Below, piece after piece: positions 10,030-19,290 of a stretch of 64,000 nt of DNA. The position numbers were made by a program, and so were the translations under genes. Each line of letters begins with the position of its first letter. The first letter of the stretch is position 1. Source of the DNA: Candidatus Bathyarchaeia archaeon (GTDB taxonomy: Archaea; Thermoproteota; Bathyarchaeia; Bathyarchaeales; Bathycorpusculaceae); contig JAVZLQ010000001.1 of assembly GCA_038883655.1 (NCBI GenBank), positions 128,001 through 192,000 of the forward strand, given 5' to 3'. Under the pieces are notes generated by a model. That model had not been told where the DNA came from, ran no database searches, and saw only the letters and a program-made list of their open reading frames with translations.

Positions 10030-10187
10030 TTGAAACTTCCTTTCCTATAGTTAAACTGTTCTCTATGCTCCTAGACCAAATTTAAATTTGCATAAACTCT
10101 GATAAAAATGTTCAACGGCAAATCTGAATCCTTAAAAAAAGCTATATGTTACTTTAGTGTTATTTTTCGTTACTGAAGTGATATAAA

Positions 10188-10382
10188 ATGAGCACGGTAA
10201 AAACCAGAAAGGTTGGGGGTTCAATAGTAATAACACTACCAAAAAAGCTTGTAGAAAGCAAGAAAATCAAAGAAGGCGAACTCCTAGAAATAACCATCAA
10301 AAAAGGCAAAATTGATGGTTTCGGCGCCCTCAAGGGAATGAAACCATTCACAGCGGAAGACGAGCTAAAAGTGTATGATTAA
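10188..10382 (+). CDS. AbrB/MazE-family antitoxin-like DNA-binding protein (orphan)
   Basis: KTRKVGGSIVITLPKKLVE...IKEGE swapped-hairpin motif; tail FGALKG.KPFT.EDE resembles archaeal VapB proteins. Confidence 0.8.
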   Translation: MSTVKTRKVGGSIVITLPKKLVESKKIKEGELLEITIKKGKIDGFGALKGMKPFTAEDELKVYD

Positions 10383-10484
10383 AAGTTATTTTTAAGTGCT
10401 TCGAGTCGGTAAATACCAAGCGGGACTCACACTTTCAAAACATAAAACAAGCAATATTAATAACAAAACTGTAACATTCACTTC

Positions 10485-11072
10485 ATGCAAAACCAACTAA
10501 ACGCCATAGCTACTGAAATCAAGCAATGCACAAAATGTCCGCTGCATAAGTCGCGTAAAAATGTTGTTCCTGGTGAGGGTAACCCAAACGCAGAAATAAT
10601 GCTCATAGGCGAGGCTCCTGGCTACTGGGAAGACGTTCAAGGCAAGCCTTTCGTGGGTGCTGCTGGAAAATTTTTAGATACGCTACTAGCCGAGGCTGGA
10701 GTTTCAAGAGCTCAGGTCTTCGTTGGCAATGTCTTAAAATGCCGTCCACCAAGAAACCGCGAACCCGCCCCCGCCGAAATCCGAACTTGCACGCCATACT
10801 TGGATAGGCAGATAACCGCCATAAAACCAAAACTAATCGTAACACTCGGAAACCACTCAACCGCATATATTCTCGCAAAAGCTGGAACCCCATTCAAAAG
10901 CATAACAGAGGCAAGGGGAAAATTTTACCCAGCAAATATTCTAGGATTGGCTTTAACCGTTTTTGCAACATTACATCCGGCGGCTGGGCTCTACAGCGCC
11001 AAATACAAACAACAGCTCATCCAAGACTTTAGGCTGCTCAAAACAAAAATAGCGGAAATGGGCTTAACCTAA
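10485..11072 (+). CDS. udg: Uracil-DNA glycosylase family 4 (Fe-S)
   Basis: CTKCPL, GEAPG, PFVGAAG, NVLKCRPPRNREP, HPAA. Confidence 0.93.
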   Translation: MQNQLNAIATEIKQCTKCPLHKSRKNVVPGEGNPNAEIMLIGEAPGYWEDVQGKPFVGAAGKFLDTLLAEAGVSRAQVFVGNVLKCRPPRNREPAPAEIRTCTPYLDRQITAIKPKLIVTLGNHSTAYILAKAGTPFKSITEARGKFYPANILGLALTVFATLHPAAGLYSAKYKQQLIQDFRLLKTKIAEMGLT

Positions 11073-11984
11073 CTTTTCAGCCCTCTCCAATTCGCCCAAA
11101 AGCTCATCCAAACCCTTAAAAGTTTTCGAAGGCAAACCAGCAAGTAACTCCGCCAGCCTTACCTGCTTGCCCTCCGCGATTTCCACAAGCCTCCAACCCA
11201 CCCGCTTAATAAGAACGCTTTTCGCCACTGGATAACGAACCTTGCCTAAAACGCTTTTCACAGAATCCAAGCCAACACCGCCAGCCAACCTCGGAAATCT
11301 GCCCCGTGAAAGGTAATGCGCAAACCGCAAGCCGTCCTCAAACATGGAAAGATTATTAAAAAGCACATAAACCGTCTTCCCGCTAGCCTCAAAGGGTTTA
11401 ACAATTTCCGCCAGCCTCCTCAACTCCGCATCGCTGTACTGGTAATAATAAAGCTCTTCACCCAGACCATGCAACCTAAAATAGGCAATTTGACCAGTAT
11501 AAACGGGCAAAACCCGAAACGGGTCAGTAACATGCACAACATCCAAGCCGCTTAAAACCCTACCAAGCTCCTCACGGACTTCTGGCTTATCCCACTCAGA
11601 ACCGCGAGTTTCCCAAACAAGAACTAAGTCTCCACGGTCAACAGCTTTAAAAAATTTCTCTGCGTCGCCAAGCCTTTCTGGGCGAAAAGAACCAGGTGTC
11701 TGAAACAAAAGCACATTAGCCTTCAAAATTTTGCATATCTGCTTCATCTGCTCAAACGCCTTATGGCAACCCTCATCTAACACCATTTTTGCCTTATGCG
11801 TAATATCCTGATGCGCCTTAACGGTAAACTCAAACACTTCAGGTGCTTTTTCGCGCCAGCCCCTAATAGTCTCCAAACGCGGATAATCATAGAAAGTGCG
11901 GTTCAACTCAACAAGCTTAAACTCTTCAAAATACTTTTTCATGCTAGCCGCGAAACCGCAACACCCAACCTTAATCATACGCAT
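11064..11984 (-). CDS. DUF72-family protein with extra C-terminal helical domain
   Basis: VGCCGF, VELNRTFY, FEFTVKA, LLFQTP, YFRLHG, YQYSDAEL, VLFNN. Confidence 0.88.
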   Translation of the reverse strand: MRMIKVGCCGFAASMKKYFEEFKLVELNRTFYDYPRLETIRGWREKAPEVFEFTVKAHQDITHKAKMVLDEGCHKAFEQMKQICKILKANVLLFQTPGSFRPERLGDAEKFFKAVDRGDLVLVWETRGSEWDKPEVREELGRVLSGLDVVHVTDPFRVLPVYTGQIAYFRLHGLGEELYYYQYSDAELRRLAEIVKPFEASGKTVYVLFNNLSMFEDGLRFAHYLSRGRFPRLAGGVGLDSVKSVLGKVRYPVAKSVLIKRVGWRLVEIAEGKQVRLAELLAGLPSKTFKGLDELLGELERAEKLG

Positions 11985-11999
11985 TTCACACTTTAAATG

Positions 12000-12779
12000 C
12001 TAAACGCTGATTTTAGGCGGAGCGCGGATAGGCCTACCCAACTTTCTGCGCAATGCAATGCGATAAAGCTTACGAAGAGACTTAACAAGCTGCTCAACGG
12101 TAGGCAAACCAGAATAAATAAGCGGGATGCGGTCGTACTCCGCAAGCCTAACAGAATAATCATCAGGCCTAACGCCGTGGAAAACAACCACACGAGGCTT
12201 TAGGCTGCTCAAACGCACAATCATCATAGGCGAACACTCACCACCAATATTCGTGAAAACTAAGGCTCTCTCCGTCGTAACGCCCAAAAGCTGAGAATAC
12301 TCAAAACCAGAAAGCGTCTCAACCGCTTTACGCCCATCAACAACCGTGTAGCCATTAACCTCCTTAACAAATAGGCTTGAGCAGGCAACAACCTCGCCTT
12401 TAATGGCTTTACACAAATACTCGACGCGTACTGGAATGGGGAACTCACGCAAATCAATGACCGCCACGCTTGGCGAACTCGTCAACTTGGCAAACTCGCG
12501 AATAAAACGCCCGCCGCGCTCCTCATCAATCTTCAACAAAGCCCAGACAAAACGTCTAATAAACCGCGTTCCAGGACTCTGGCGTCTACCACTCTCGTAA
12601 TCGCTGATGACAGAAGAGGATATGACCATCTTGTCCGAGAGGGTTGTCTGCGAAACAGCGAATAACTCACGCCACTTACGCATTGTTGCGCCAGGCTTAC
12701 TTGAGAGGATTATCTCACCAGCAATTCGCCTGGCAAGAACCTCGCGAACGCTTGGAGACGCTGACATGCATTCCGCCAA
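12000..12779 (-). CDS. XRE/HTH transcriptional regulator (conserved archaeal type)
   Basis: IAGEIILS..PGATMRKWRELF, SVISDYESGRR.SPG, GYTVVD, RALVFTN, KPRVVVFHG. Confidence 0.82.
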   Translation of the reverse strand: MAECMSASPSVREVLARRIAGEIILSSKPGATMRKWRELFAVSQTTLSDKMVISSSVISDYESGRRQSPGTRFIRRFVWALLKIDEERGGRFIREFAKLTSSPSVAVIDLREFPIPVRVEYLCKAIKGEVVACSSLFVKEVNGYTVVDGRKAVETLSGFEYSQLLGVTTERALVFTNIGGECSPMMIVRLSSLKPRVVVFHGVRPDDYSVRLAEYDRIPLIYSGLPTVEQLVKSLRKLYRIALRRKLGRPIRAPPKISV

Positions 12780-13015
12780 GAGTCTCCCTTAAACATGCAA
12801 GTATAAAACTGTACCGCTTTCTAGACGATAAGTGCATAATCCTTATATTTTGGAACGTCGTATGAGTTGGAGACCTTAGATGCGCCCACAAATAACGAAA
12901 ACGAAAAATTCCTTTATGCATTTGGTTACTGGGCGCTTTATTAAAAGGCAAATTATGTATTGAGCGCCCGTAGAACCGCGTTTTGTCTATAGGTTTCCGG
13001 GCTAGGTGATGTAAA

Positions 13016-13774
13016 ATGGCTGTAGAAAACAACTTGTCCATCGTCCACTTGTCTGACATCCACGCTGGCGCGAAGTTGGAGCGGGATATGCTAGAGAGGG
13101 CTATTGATGAGATAAACGAGTTAAACCCAGACTTGATTGTTGTTACTGGCGACTTAACAGAGGATGGACTGCTTGAAGAATTCCAAGAAGTACATCAGCA
13201 TCTTCAAAGGCTAAAGTGCAAGCGTCTTGTTGTTGGAAGTGGAAATCACGACGCTAGAAACACTGGATATAGGCTTTTCCCGCGTTTCTTTGGCAAGCCA
13301 TGGTCCGTAACGGAAATTGGCGATGTTGTACTCATAATGTTGGATTCCTCCCGACCAGACCAAGATGACGGTGAGGTTGGTTATCGCCAGAGACTCTGGC
13401 TAAGAGAGTGCCTAGAAAAATATCATGACAAATTTAAGGTTGTGGCTATGCACCACCACCTCTTGCCAGCGCCGGACACTGGCATGGAGAAGAACATGAT
13501 AGTGGATGCTGGAGACGTGCTTTGGACACTGGTCTCGCATGGCGTAAACCTAGTCTTGTGTGGTCATCGTCACCGCCCGTGGGTTTGGAAGCTTGGAGGC
13601 TTATCCATCGTTTATGCTGGAGCAGTTTCCACAAGCAGGCTTAGGGGCTTCTACCAAAACTCTTACAACATCATTAAGATTGAAGATGGCAAAGTTGACG
13701 TCGACCTAAAAATAGTTGGCGGCGGCGAATACGTTTTTGAGCCGAACGTCATCAAGACTTTGCAGACTGTTTAG
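13016..13774 (+). CDS. Metallophosphoesterase (Icc/CpdA-like)
   Basis: HLSDIH, TGDLT, GNHD, MHHH, LCGHRH. Confidence 0.9.
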   Translation: MAVENNLSIVHLSDIHAGAKLERDMLERAIDEINELNPDLIVVTGDLTEDGLLEEFQEVHQHLQRLKCKRLVVGSGNHDARNTGYRLFPRFFGKPWSVTEIGDVVLIMLDSSRPDQDDGEVGYRQRLWLRECLEKYHDKFKVVAMHHHLLPAPDTGMEKNMIVDAGDVLWTLVSHGVNLVLCGHRHRPWVWKLGGLSIVYAGAVSTSRLRGFYQNSYNIIKIEDGKVDVDLKIVGGGEYVFEPNVIKTLQTV

Positions 13775-13814
13775 CGGTTAAAGTGCATGTTTGAAAGAAA
13801 GAGAAAAAGGGATA

Positions 13815-14915
13815 TTATAGTATTGATTCTTTGTTTAGCGGAAAGGCTGTTGTTGCTCTTATGTCGTCTGTTCCTAAAACGAATTGTGTTACTCTGTTTA
13901 GTCCTATGCCGCATCCAGAATGTAGAGGTCGCGGTTCCTTATAGAATTCTAGGAACCATCTAAAGTCTTCTATGCTTCCGCCTTTTGCGACAAGCTGCTT
14001 GAACATCATAGAGTTTATGAGGCGTTCATAGAGCTTCTCATACCTATATTCGCGTTCTGCTGCGCCGACGGCTTCTCCGCTCATTGGCAGTAGCAAGTCT
14101 GCGCTGTTGACTATTGCTGGGTTTTCGTCATTTTCCCGCATGTTGAAGAACTTTATGGCTTTCGGGAAATGCGTCACAAAAAGCGGTTGGTTTCCATGCA
14201 TCTGAACGAGCAGTTTTTCATGGTGGCTTTTGAGGTCGTCACCCCACTGTACGCCATATTCGGCTAGAAGCCCAACGGCTTCTGTGTATGTTATCCTCTG
14301 GAATGGTCTTTTAATTCGCTTGAGCCTTTCAACGTCAACTTTTAGTAGTTGTAGTTCGCGTTCTCTTTCGTTTAGTGCGCAGTTTATCATGGAGCAAATT
14401 GCGCCTTCTATGTGCTTTAGCAGTTCTTCGAAGTTGCCTGCGAACTCCAGTTCGATTAGAGTGAACTCGGCTAAGTGGCGCTCGTCAGCCAGCGGTTCTG
14501 CTCTGAAGCTTTGTATTATGCACCAAACTTTTCCGAGGAAAGGCGTTAAAGCTTCTAGGTAAAGCTGTCCTGTTTGGCTTAGGTACGCTTTTTGTCCAAA
14601 ATAGTCCAGTTCGAACATTGTTGCTATGTTTTCGCATGCGCCTGTCGCCTTTGTTATATGTGGAACTACGACCTCTGTGAAGTTGTTTTCTTCAAGGTAT
14701 TTTCTTGCCCCTCTTATTAGGCTTGACTCTATTTTTACAACGGCATACATTTCTGGCGTTGAAAGTAGCTTGTGCCTGTCTGTTGTGCTTTTCAGAATGG
14801 AGATGTCCAGCGCTTCTTGTTTTCCTAGAATTTTTTCAATCTCACTTGGATGGGTCTCCAAGACCCACACCAGCAATCCGCATTTTTCAAATATAAAACT
14901 TTTGGTTTTAAGCAA
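13815..14915 (-). CDS. Asn-tRNA-synthetase-like catalytic core lacking the anticodon domain (archaeal asparagine synthetase type)
   Basis: Class IIb motifs YLSQTGQLYLE, FRAE...RHLAEFTLIELE, GEAVGAAERE, HSGCGIGLNR; no N-terminal OB fold. Confidence 0.78.
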   Translation of the reverse strand: MLKTKSFIFEKCGLLVWVLETHPSEIEKILGKQEALDISILKSTTDRHKLLSTPEMYAVVKIESSLIRGARKYLEENNFTEVVVPHITKATGACENIATMFELDYFGQKAYLSQTGQLYLEALTPFLGKVWCIIQSFRAEPLADERHLAEFTLIELEFAGNFEELLKHIEGAICSMINCALNERERELQLLKVDVERLKRIKRPFQRITYTEAVGLLAEYGVQWGDDLKSHHEKLLVQMHGNQPLFVTHFPKAIKFFNMRENDENPAIVNSADLLLPMSGEAVGAAEREYRYEKLYERLINSMMFKQLVAKGGSIEDFRWFLEFYKEPRPLHSGCGIGLNRVTQFVLGTDDIRATTAFPLNKESIL

Positions 14916-14937
14916 ACGCGGGATTAAACCTTCTTTT

Positions 14938-15834
14938 TCACGCCGTGAATATTAAGAAGATTCCAGTTACGATGATAATTGACCCAGCAACGTCTAGTAT
15001 TGTCACTTTTTCATGTAAGAAGATGATTGCTGATAATGTTGAAAATAACGGTGTTGTTGAAGAGATTGGCACAGCTTGTGATTCTGTTGTTTGTGTAAAG
15101 CTGTACGTTAAGAAGAACCATCCTAGCCCTAGAGCTACTAGTCCGCCAAATATGAGTGCGGCAAAAGTTTTCTTTTGCATTTTTATAAAGCCGTGCTCTC
15201 TGTCAATTATCGGCGCCAAAATCAGAAGTGAAGCCGCGATTGCCGTTGTTCTGATGATGTTGATTGCTAGAGCATGCTCTAATTCTGGGTTCTCCCTAAC
15301 GGCCATGTTAATCATTGCTATACTTATTGACCAAAATATTGCTGTTAAAAGTGCAGAGGCAACACCAATGATTAACGTTCTTTTTTCCGAAACTTTAACA
15401 CCTTCTTTTCCTTTTTGGCTTAGAAGCCATATCCCAAAAACTATGGCAAAAGCGCCAAGAACTATTGTTAAGGTTATGCTTTCATTTTCAAAGAATGTTG
15501 CCCAGAGAAGATTGAAAAGCGGATAAGTGCATGTTATCGGAACGGCGCGTGCAACACCAACAAGCTTTAGGCTTTTCATGTAAAGCGTATCTCCAAAACC
15601 AAGCCCTATTATACCGCTTATGCACGCCATAACGATTGCTTCAAGGGGCAAGTCCATTAAAACCCAAAACTTGCCAACAGCAAATGTAAAAGCGATTAGT
15701 ATGGCACTTGTAGATGCTAGACGCACAATGTTTGCTGATATCGGCTTCGTCTTTTCCAACGCTTCTTTATACATGACTGCCGAAACAGTCCAGCTTAAAG
15801 CTGCGCCTAACGCTGCAAGTTCGCCAAACATCAT
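14938..15834 (-). CDS. EamA/DMT-family transporter
   Basis: About 10 hydrophobic segments in two repeats; PLFSTLSAIIFLHEK. Confidence 0.88.
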   Translation of the reverse strand: MMFGELAALGAALSWTVSAVMYKEALEKTKPISANIVRLASTSAILIAFTFAVGKFWVLMDLPLEAIVMACISGIIGLGFGDTLYMKSLKLVGVARAVPITCTYPLFNLLWATFFENESITLTIVLGAFAIVFGIWLLSQKGKEGVKVSEKRTLIIGVASALLTAIFWSISIAMINMAVRENPELEHALAINIIRTTAIAASLLILAPIIDREHGFIKMQKKTFAALIFGGLVALGLGWFFLTYSFTQTTESQAVPISSTTPLFSTLSAIIFLHEKVTILDVAGSIIIVTGIFLIFTA

Positions 15835-15926
15835 CTCACGCCATTAACATCTAAACTTCATAAGAGTTTCGTCTATGGCTGTTAAATATCTAACGCAAAC
15901 ATAAATCAGAAAAGGAAGGCAAGCAA

Positions 15927-16622
15927 ATGCAGATCGAAATCAAATGGGATTCGCGTGTTTTAGCAGAGTTCCCCGAACTCGCCATCTGCATAGGCACAAT
16001 AAAAAATGTGCGTATAGAAAGGGATAACGAGCAGATTCAAAGACTTAGGAAAATCGTTTACGACGAGGTTAGAAGCAAATATAAAATTGAAACGCTTAAG
16101 GACAACCCGACAGTGCGAGCCTACAGAGACTTCTACTGGAAACTCGATATAGACCCAACAAAAACGAGGCCCTCTGGCGAAGCCTTGTTACGCAGAGTTT
16201 TACATGGAGATGAGCTTCCCCGCATATCCACGGTTGTTGACGCCTACAACTTGGCTTCTATGCAAACAATAATTCCAATAAGCGGCTTCGACAAAGACTG
16301 TCTGAAACCGCCTTTTCATGTGCGTTTTGCGAGGAATGGCGAAACGTTTACGGGTATAGGCATGGCAAAACCCATAAGCCTAACCGAAAAAATGCTTGTC
16401 TTGGCTGATGAAAGACAGGTCTTGTGTGTTTACCCATACCGCGACTGCGACAGCACAAAGATTACGGTGCAGACGCGAAACGTGCTGGTAGTGGCTTATG
16501 GCGCCCCAGAAATAAGCATAGAACTACTTAAAAACGCCACAGAAACCACACTATCCTATATCAAGCAAGTGGCTGGAGGAGAAATAGAGGCAATAAAGGT
16601 TTTTAGCGCCGCAACCAAATAG
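15927..16622 (+). CDS. Stand-alone B3/B4 domain protein (PheRS-beta editing-like)
   Basis: VRAYRDFYWKLDIDPTKTRPSGEALLRR, VVDAYNLAS, YPYRD. Confidence 0.88.
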   Translation: MQIEIKWDSRVLAEFPELAICIGTIKNVRIERDNEQIQRLRKIVYDEVRSKYKIETLKDNPTVRAYRDFYWKLDIDPTKTRPSGEALLRRVLHGDELPRISTVVDAYNLASMQTIIPISGFDKDCLKPPFHVRFARNGETFTGIGMAKPISLTEKMLVLADERQVLCVYPYRDCDSTKITVQTRNVLVVAYGAPEISIELLKNATETTLSYIKQVAGGEIEAIKVFSAATK

Positions 16623-16638
16623 ACATTGGTGCTTTAGC

Positions 16639-17433
16639 ATGAGTTTTCACGTTAAAATGGAAAAGGCGGCGCAAGCTAAAGGCTCAAACATTGTTTTGGC
16701 TTTGGACTTTCCCTTCGAAAAACCAGAAAACCGCGAAAGACTTTTCCGCAAAGCAGAAAGCGTACTCGAGGCTGTTCATCCGTATATTTGCGCCGTGAAA
16801 ATCAACCACCACCTCGTCCTTCCATTAGGCTTGTTTGACGGCGTCAAAAAACTTGTTGATAAAGCCCATAGTTTAGGACTTGCAACGATAATGGACTGTA
16901 AGGCTAATGACATAGGTTCAACAAACCAGATAATCGCCGAATACTATTACGCTGCTGGCTTTGACGCCTTAATTGCCAATCCCTTTGTCGGGTGGGAAGA
17001 GGGCGTAAAACCAATTTTTGATGCAGCGCAGAGGCTTGGGCGCGGCGTTATCCTGCTGGCTTATATGAGCCACAAAGGCGCAAGTGAAGGCTATGGACAA
17101 ATCGTAATCAATCCAGAGACCAATAAGAAAACTCCGCAATACGTCTTGTTCGCAAATAAAGCACTTACATGGAAGGCGGACGGTGTAGTCGTAGGCGCAA
17201 CTTACCCCGAAAAGATAAAAGAAATACGCCAAATAATTGGCGAAAAAATCCCGATATACTCGCCTGGAATCGGCGCCCAAGGAGGAGAAATAAAAACTGC
17301 GTTAGAGGCTGGTGCACGTTATCTCATTGTTGGACGGGCAATAACACACGCCGAGGAGCCTTCAAAAGTGGCAAAGGATATTAAAGATTCAGTGAACAAA
17401 ATCATGTTAAATCTCAAATTCCAATCTCCCTAA
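16639..17433 (+). CDS. pyrF: Orotidine 5'-phosphate decarboxylase
   Basis: LALD, DCKANDIGSTN, VVGAT, SPGIGAQGG, IVGRAI. Confidence 0.93.
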   Translation: MSFHVKMEKAAQAKGSNIVLALDFPFEKPENRERLFRKAESVLEAVHPYICAVKINHHLVLPLGLFDGVKKLVDKAHSLGLATIMDCKANDIGSTNQIIAEYYYAAGFDALIANPFVGWEEGVKPIFDAAQRLGRGVILLAYMSHKGASEGYGQIVINPETNKKTPQYVLFANKALTWKADGVVVGATYPEKIKEIRQIIGEKIPIYSPGIGAQGGEIKTALEAGARYLIVGRAITHAEEPSKVAKDIKDSVNKIMLNLKFQSP

Positions 17434-18346
17434 AAACTTCTCGGCTTTGTTCCATCCACCCAAATTTGGGAAGCTGTTTTATCAGACTTTTCATTTTGGG
17501 GTTCAGTTGCAACGCTTTTTTAAAGGCGTTTATTGCTTCTTGCTTTTCTCCAAGTCTTAAATACACTATGCCCAAATCCACGTATACATCGTCAACATTT
17601 GGGTTCAGCGAAGCCGCCTTCAGCAGAACCGCTAAAGAGGCTTCTAAATCACCTTTCGCCATTTTTTCTTCACCTTCGTCAATTAAGGAGTAAACACGAT
17701 GTAAAACAAGCAAACGCTTTAGCTCTGCAATCGGATCGGGATGGTCTTCAACGCGTAAGTCAATGTAACGGTCACCATAACCTGTACGTCCGCAATTCTT
17801 TCTAACAACAAGTAAGGCGGCAGATTGCCTTCCTCTAGCGTCGCCTCCAGCCTCTTCTCCACCTTCTAATGCGGCAACTAGTTTATCAGCTAAATCTCCA
17901 CTGGCTGCTTCGAACTTTTGCGCCATCCTTATTACTACGTCCTCGCTTGTTAAGATGTTTCCTTGAACTGCATAGTTTTTGCCAACTTTGCTTCCAGCCC
18001 ATTCTAGACAGTTCTTTCCCGTGAAGGCGCATGCATTACCTTTAGCATCCACGATTCCAACTTGTCGAAACTCTTTTGCTTCATCGCCTCTTGTAAGTTC
18101 GTCTATTACTTCTTCAACTGTTAAACCTTGTTTAAGAAGCTGTAAACCGCGAGGTCCATAAGAAACGTTAACAAAAGATTGAGTTGCGATTGCCCCAACA
18201 TCTGCTTCTGCCCATGGAACAACAGAGCCAACAGAAAAGTAACGTGATTGCACGGCAACCCCCAGATCTCTGGTGGATGGCTCGAAGGCTACTATGGAAA
18301 AAGTTGATGCCAAATAGCATTTTTTAGGAACAGTATACACTTTCAC
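17414..18346 (-). CDS. DUF1028 (Ntn-hydrolase-like) protein with C-terminal TPRs
   Basis: TFSIVA, GVAVQS, GAIATQS, GGDARGRQSAAL, DLRVEDHPDPIAEL; TPR-like tail. Confidence 0.88.
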   Translation of the reverse strand: MKVYTVPKKCYLASTFSIVAFEPSTRDLGVAVQSRYFSVGSVVPWAEADVGAIATQSFVNVSYGPRGLQLLKQGLTVEEVIDELTRGDEAKEFRQVGIVDAKGNACAFTGKNCLEWAGSKVGKNYAVQGNILTSEDVVIRMAQKFEAASGDLADKLVAALEGGEEAGGDARGRQSAALLVVRKNCGRTGYGDRYIDLRVEDHPDPIAELKRLLVLHRVYSLIDEGEEKMAKGDLEASLAVLLKAASLNPNVDDVYVDLGIVYLRLGEKQEAINAFKKALQLNPKMKSLIKQLPKFGWMEQSREVFREIGI

Positions 18347-18380
18347 GAGTTAATCCCTCTGCTTCTGCTGTGGTTAAATG

Positions 18381-18533
18381 CTATCTTCCTTTTCTTTCCC
18401 ACAATTCTTTCTTTAACAAATCCCTAACTGCCGAACGTATGGCTGCACTTCTGCTTGGGTACATGTTCGCCCTAACAAGCTCATCTAAACCTTCTAAGTA
18501 TGCTTCGGGTAACAGTACAGTTACAATTTTCAT
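18381..18533 (-). CDS. Ribbon-helix-helix regulator, CdrS/aCcr1-like (50 aa, below the ORF-track cutoff)
   Basis: Manual translation MKIVTVLLPEAYLEGLDELVRANMYPSRSAAIRSAVRDLLKKELWERKGR*; upstream GGAG-containing SD-like sequence. Confidence 0.85.
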   Translation of the reverse strand: MKIVTVLLPEAYLEGLDELVRANMYPSRSAAIRSAVRDLLKKELWERKGR

Positions 18534-18579
18534 TTTCTCCACTCCACATATTATGTTTATAATATGTGCAAATATAAGT

Positions 18580-18927
18580 TTAAATGAATCTTCCGGTTAT
18601 TTGTTCGTCCAATGTTTGGAGTTCTTTCATGATTGTTTTGAAGGTTGTCGGTATATCCTCTACGTGTAGGGTGCGGCGGCGAATTCCTTCTTGAACAGTA
18701 CCAGTCGCTATTAACAAGCTGCCGAGGATATCGCTTACAAAGGGTTCTGGAAAAACCAGTAGGGCTACACCTAGCTTGATAAGCCATGGCTTGCTTCCAT
18801 TATTCCATAGCTTTTTAGTAGCCTTAACGGTCTTCAATGTTCCGTTTAAAGATTGGAGAAAGTCAGCATAGCTTTCACTAAGCTCGGTTAACGCGTTAGC
18901 CACGGCTTTTGACTCATCCAACTTCAA
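18580..18927 (-). CDS. Hypothetical protein with a central hydrophobic hairpin
   Basis: 115 aa ORF, LIKLGVALLVFPEPFVSDILGSLLIATG; same orientation as its neighbours. Confidence 0.6.
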   Translation of the reverse strand: MKLDESKAVANALTELSESYADFLQSLNGTLKTVKATKKLWNNGSKPWLIKLGVALLVFPEPFVSDILGSLLIATGTVQEGIRRRTLHVEDIPTTFKTIMKELQTLDEQITGRFI

Positions 18928-19290
18928 AGCGAGAACCCTCCCAAACTTCTAAAGCTTAGGAAAAGCAAAAGCATAGAAAAGCTTTAACTGCTAAGAAAAG
19001 GGACTTTTGCGCGGCGTTTAGGAGCGAAGAAGAAACTTTTTTAAAATTACATTTCAAACGCGGCAGCATCCCAATAGAATTTTAGTGATTTTAAAGTGAA
19101 AATTGTAAAGCAGCGGTTGCGTATTTGACCGAAAATATTATTTCCAAGGCTAAATAAACCCGTTGTAAAAGCTGGTGGTAATACTTGTTTACCTCGCTTT
19201 CTAGCATGTTCGGTGCGTCCAAAAGCGGTAAATACATAAGCCGCGAGGTGATAACTCAGCTAATCGCTTAAGCCTCTGGAGCGGAAAATC

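Noticed and set aside
10399-10428. TTCGAGTC and a short GAGTC/GACTC hairpin as a tRNA fragment or att site
   Set aside because: No T-arm stem, acceptor stem or cloverleaf, and no matching copy at the other end of the RM gene
18928-19290. 360-bp intergenic region upstream of guaA as a purine riboswitch or ncRNA
   Set aside because: No recognisable aptamer consensus, C/D boxes or convincing long stem; consistent with divergent promoters
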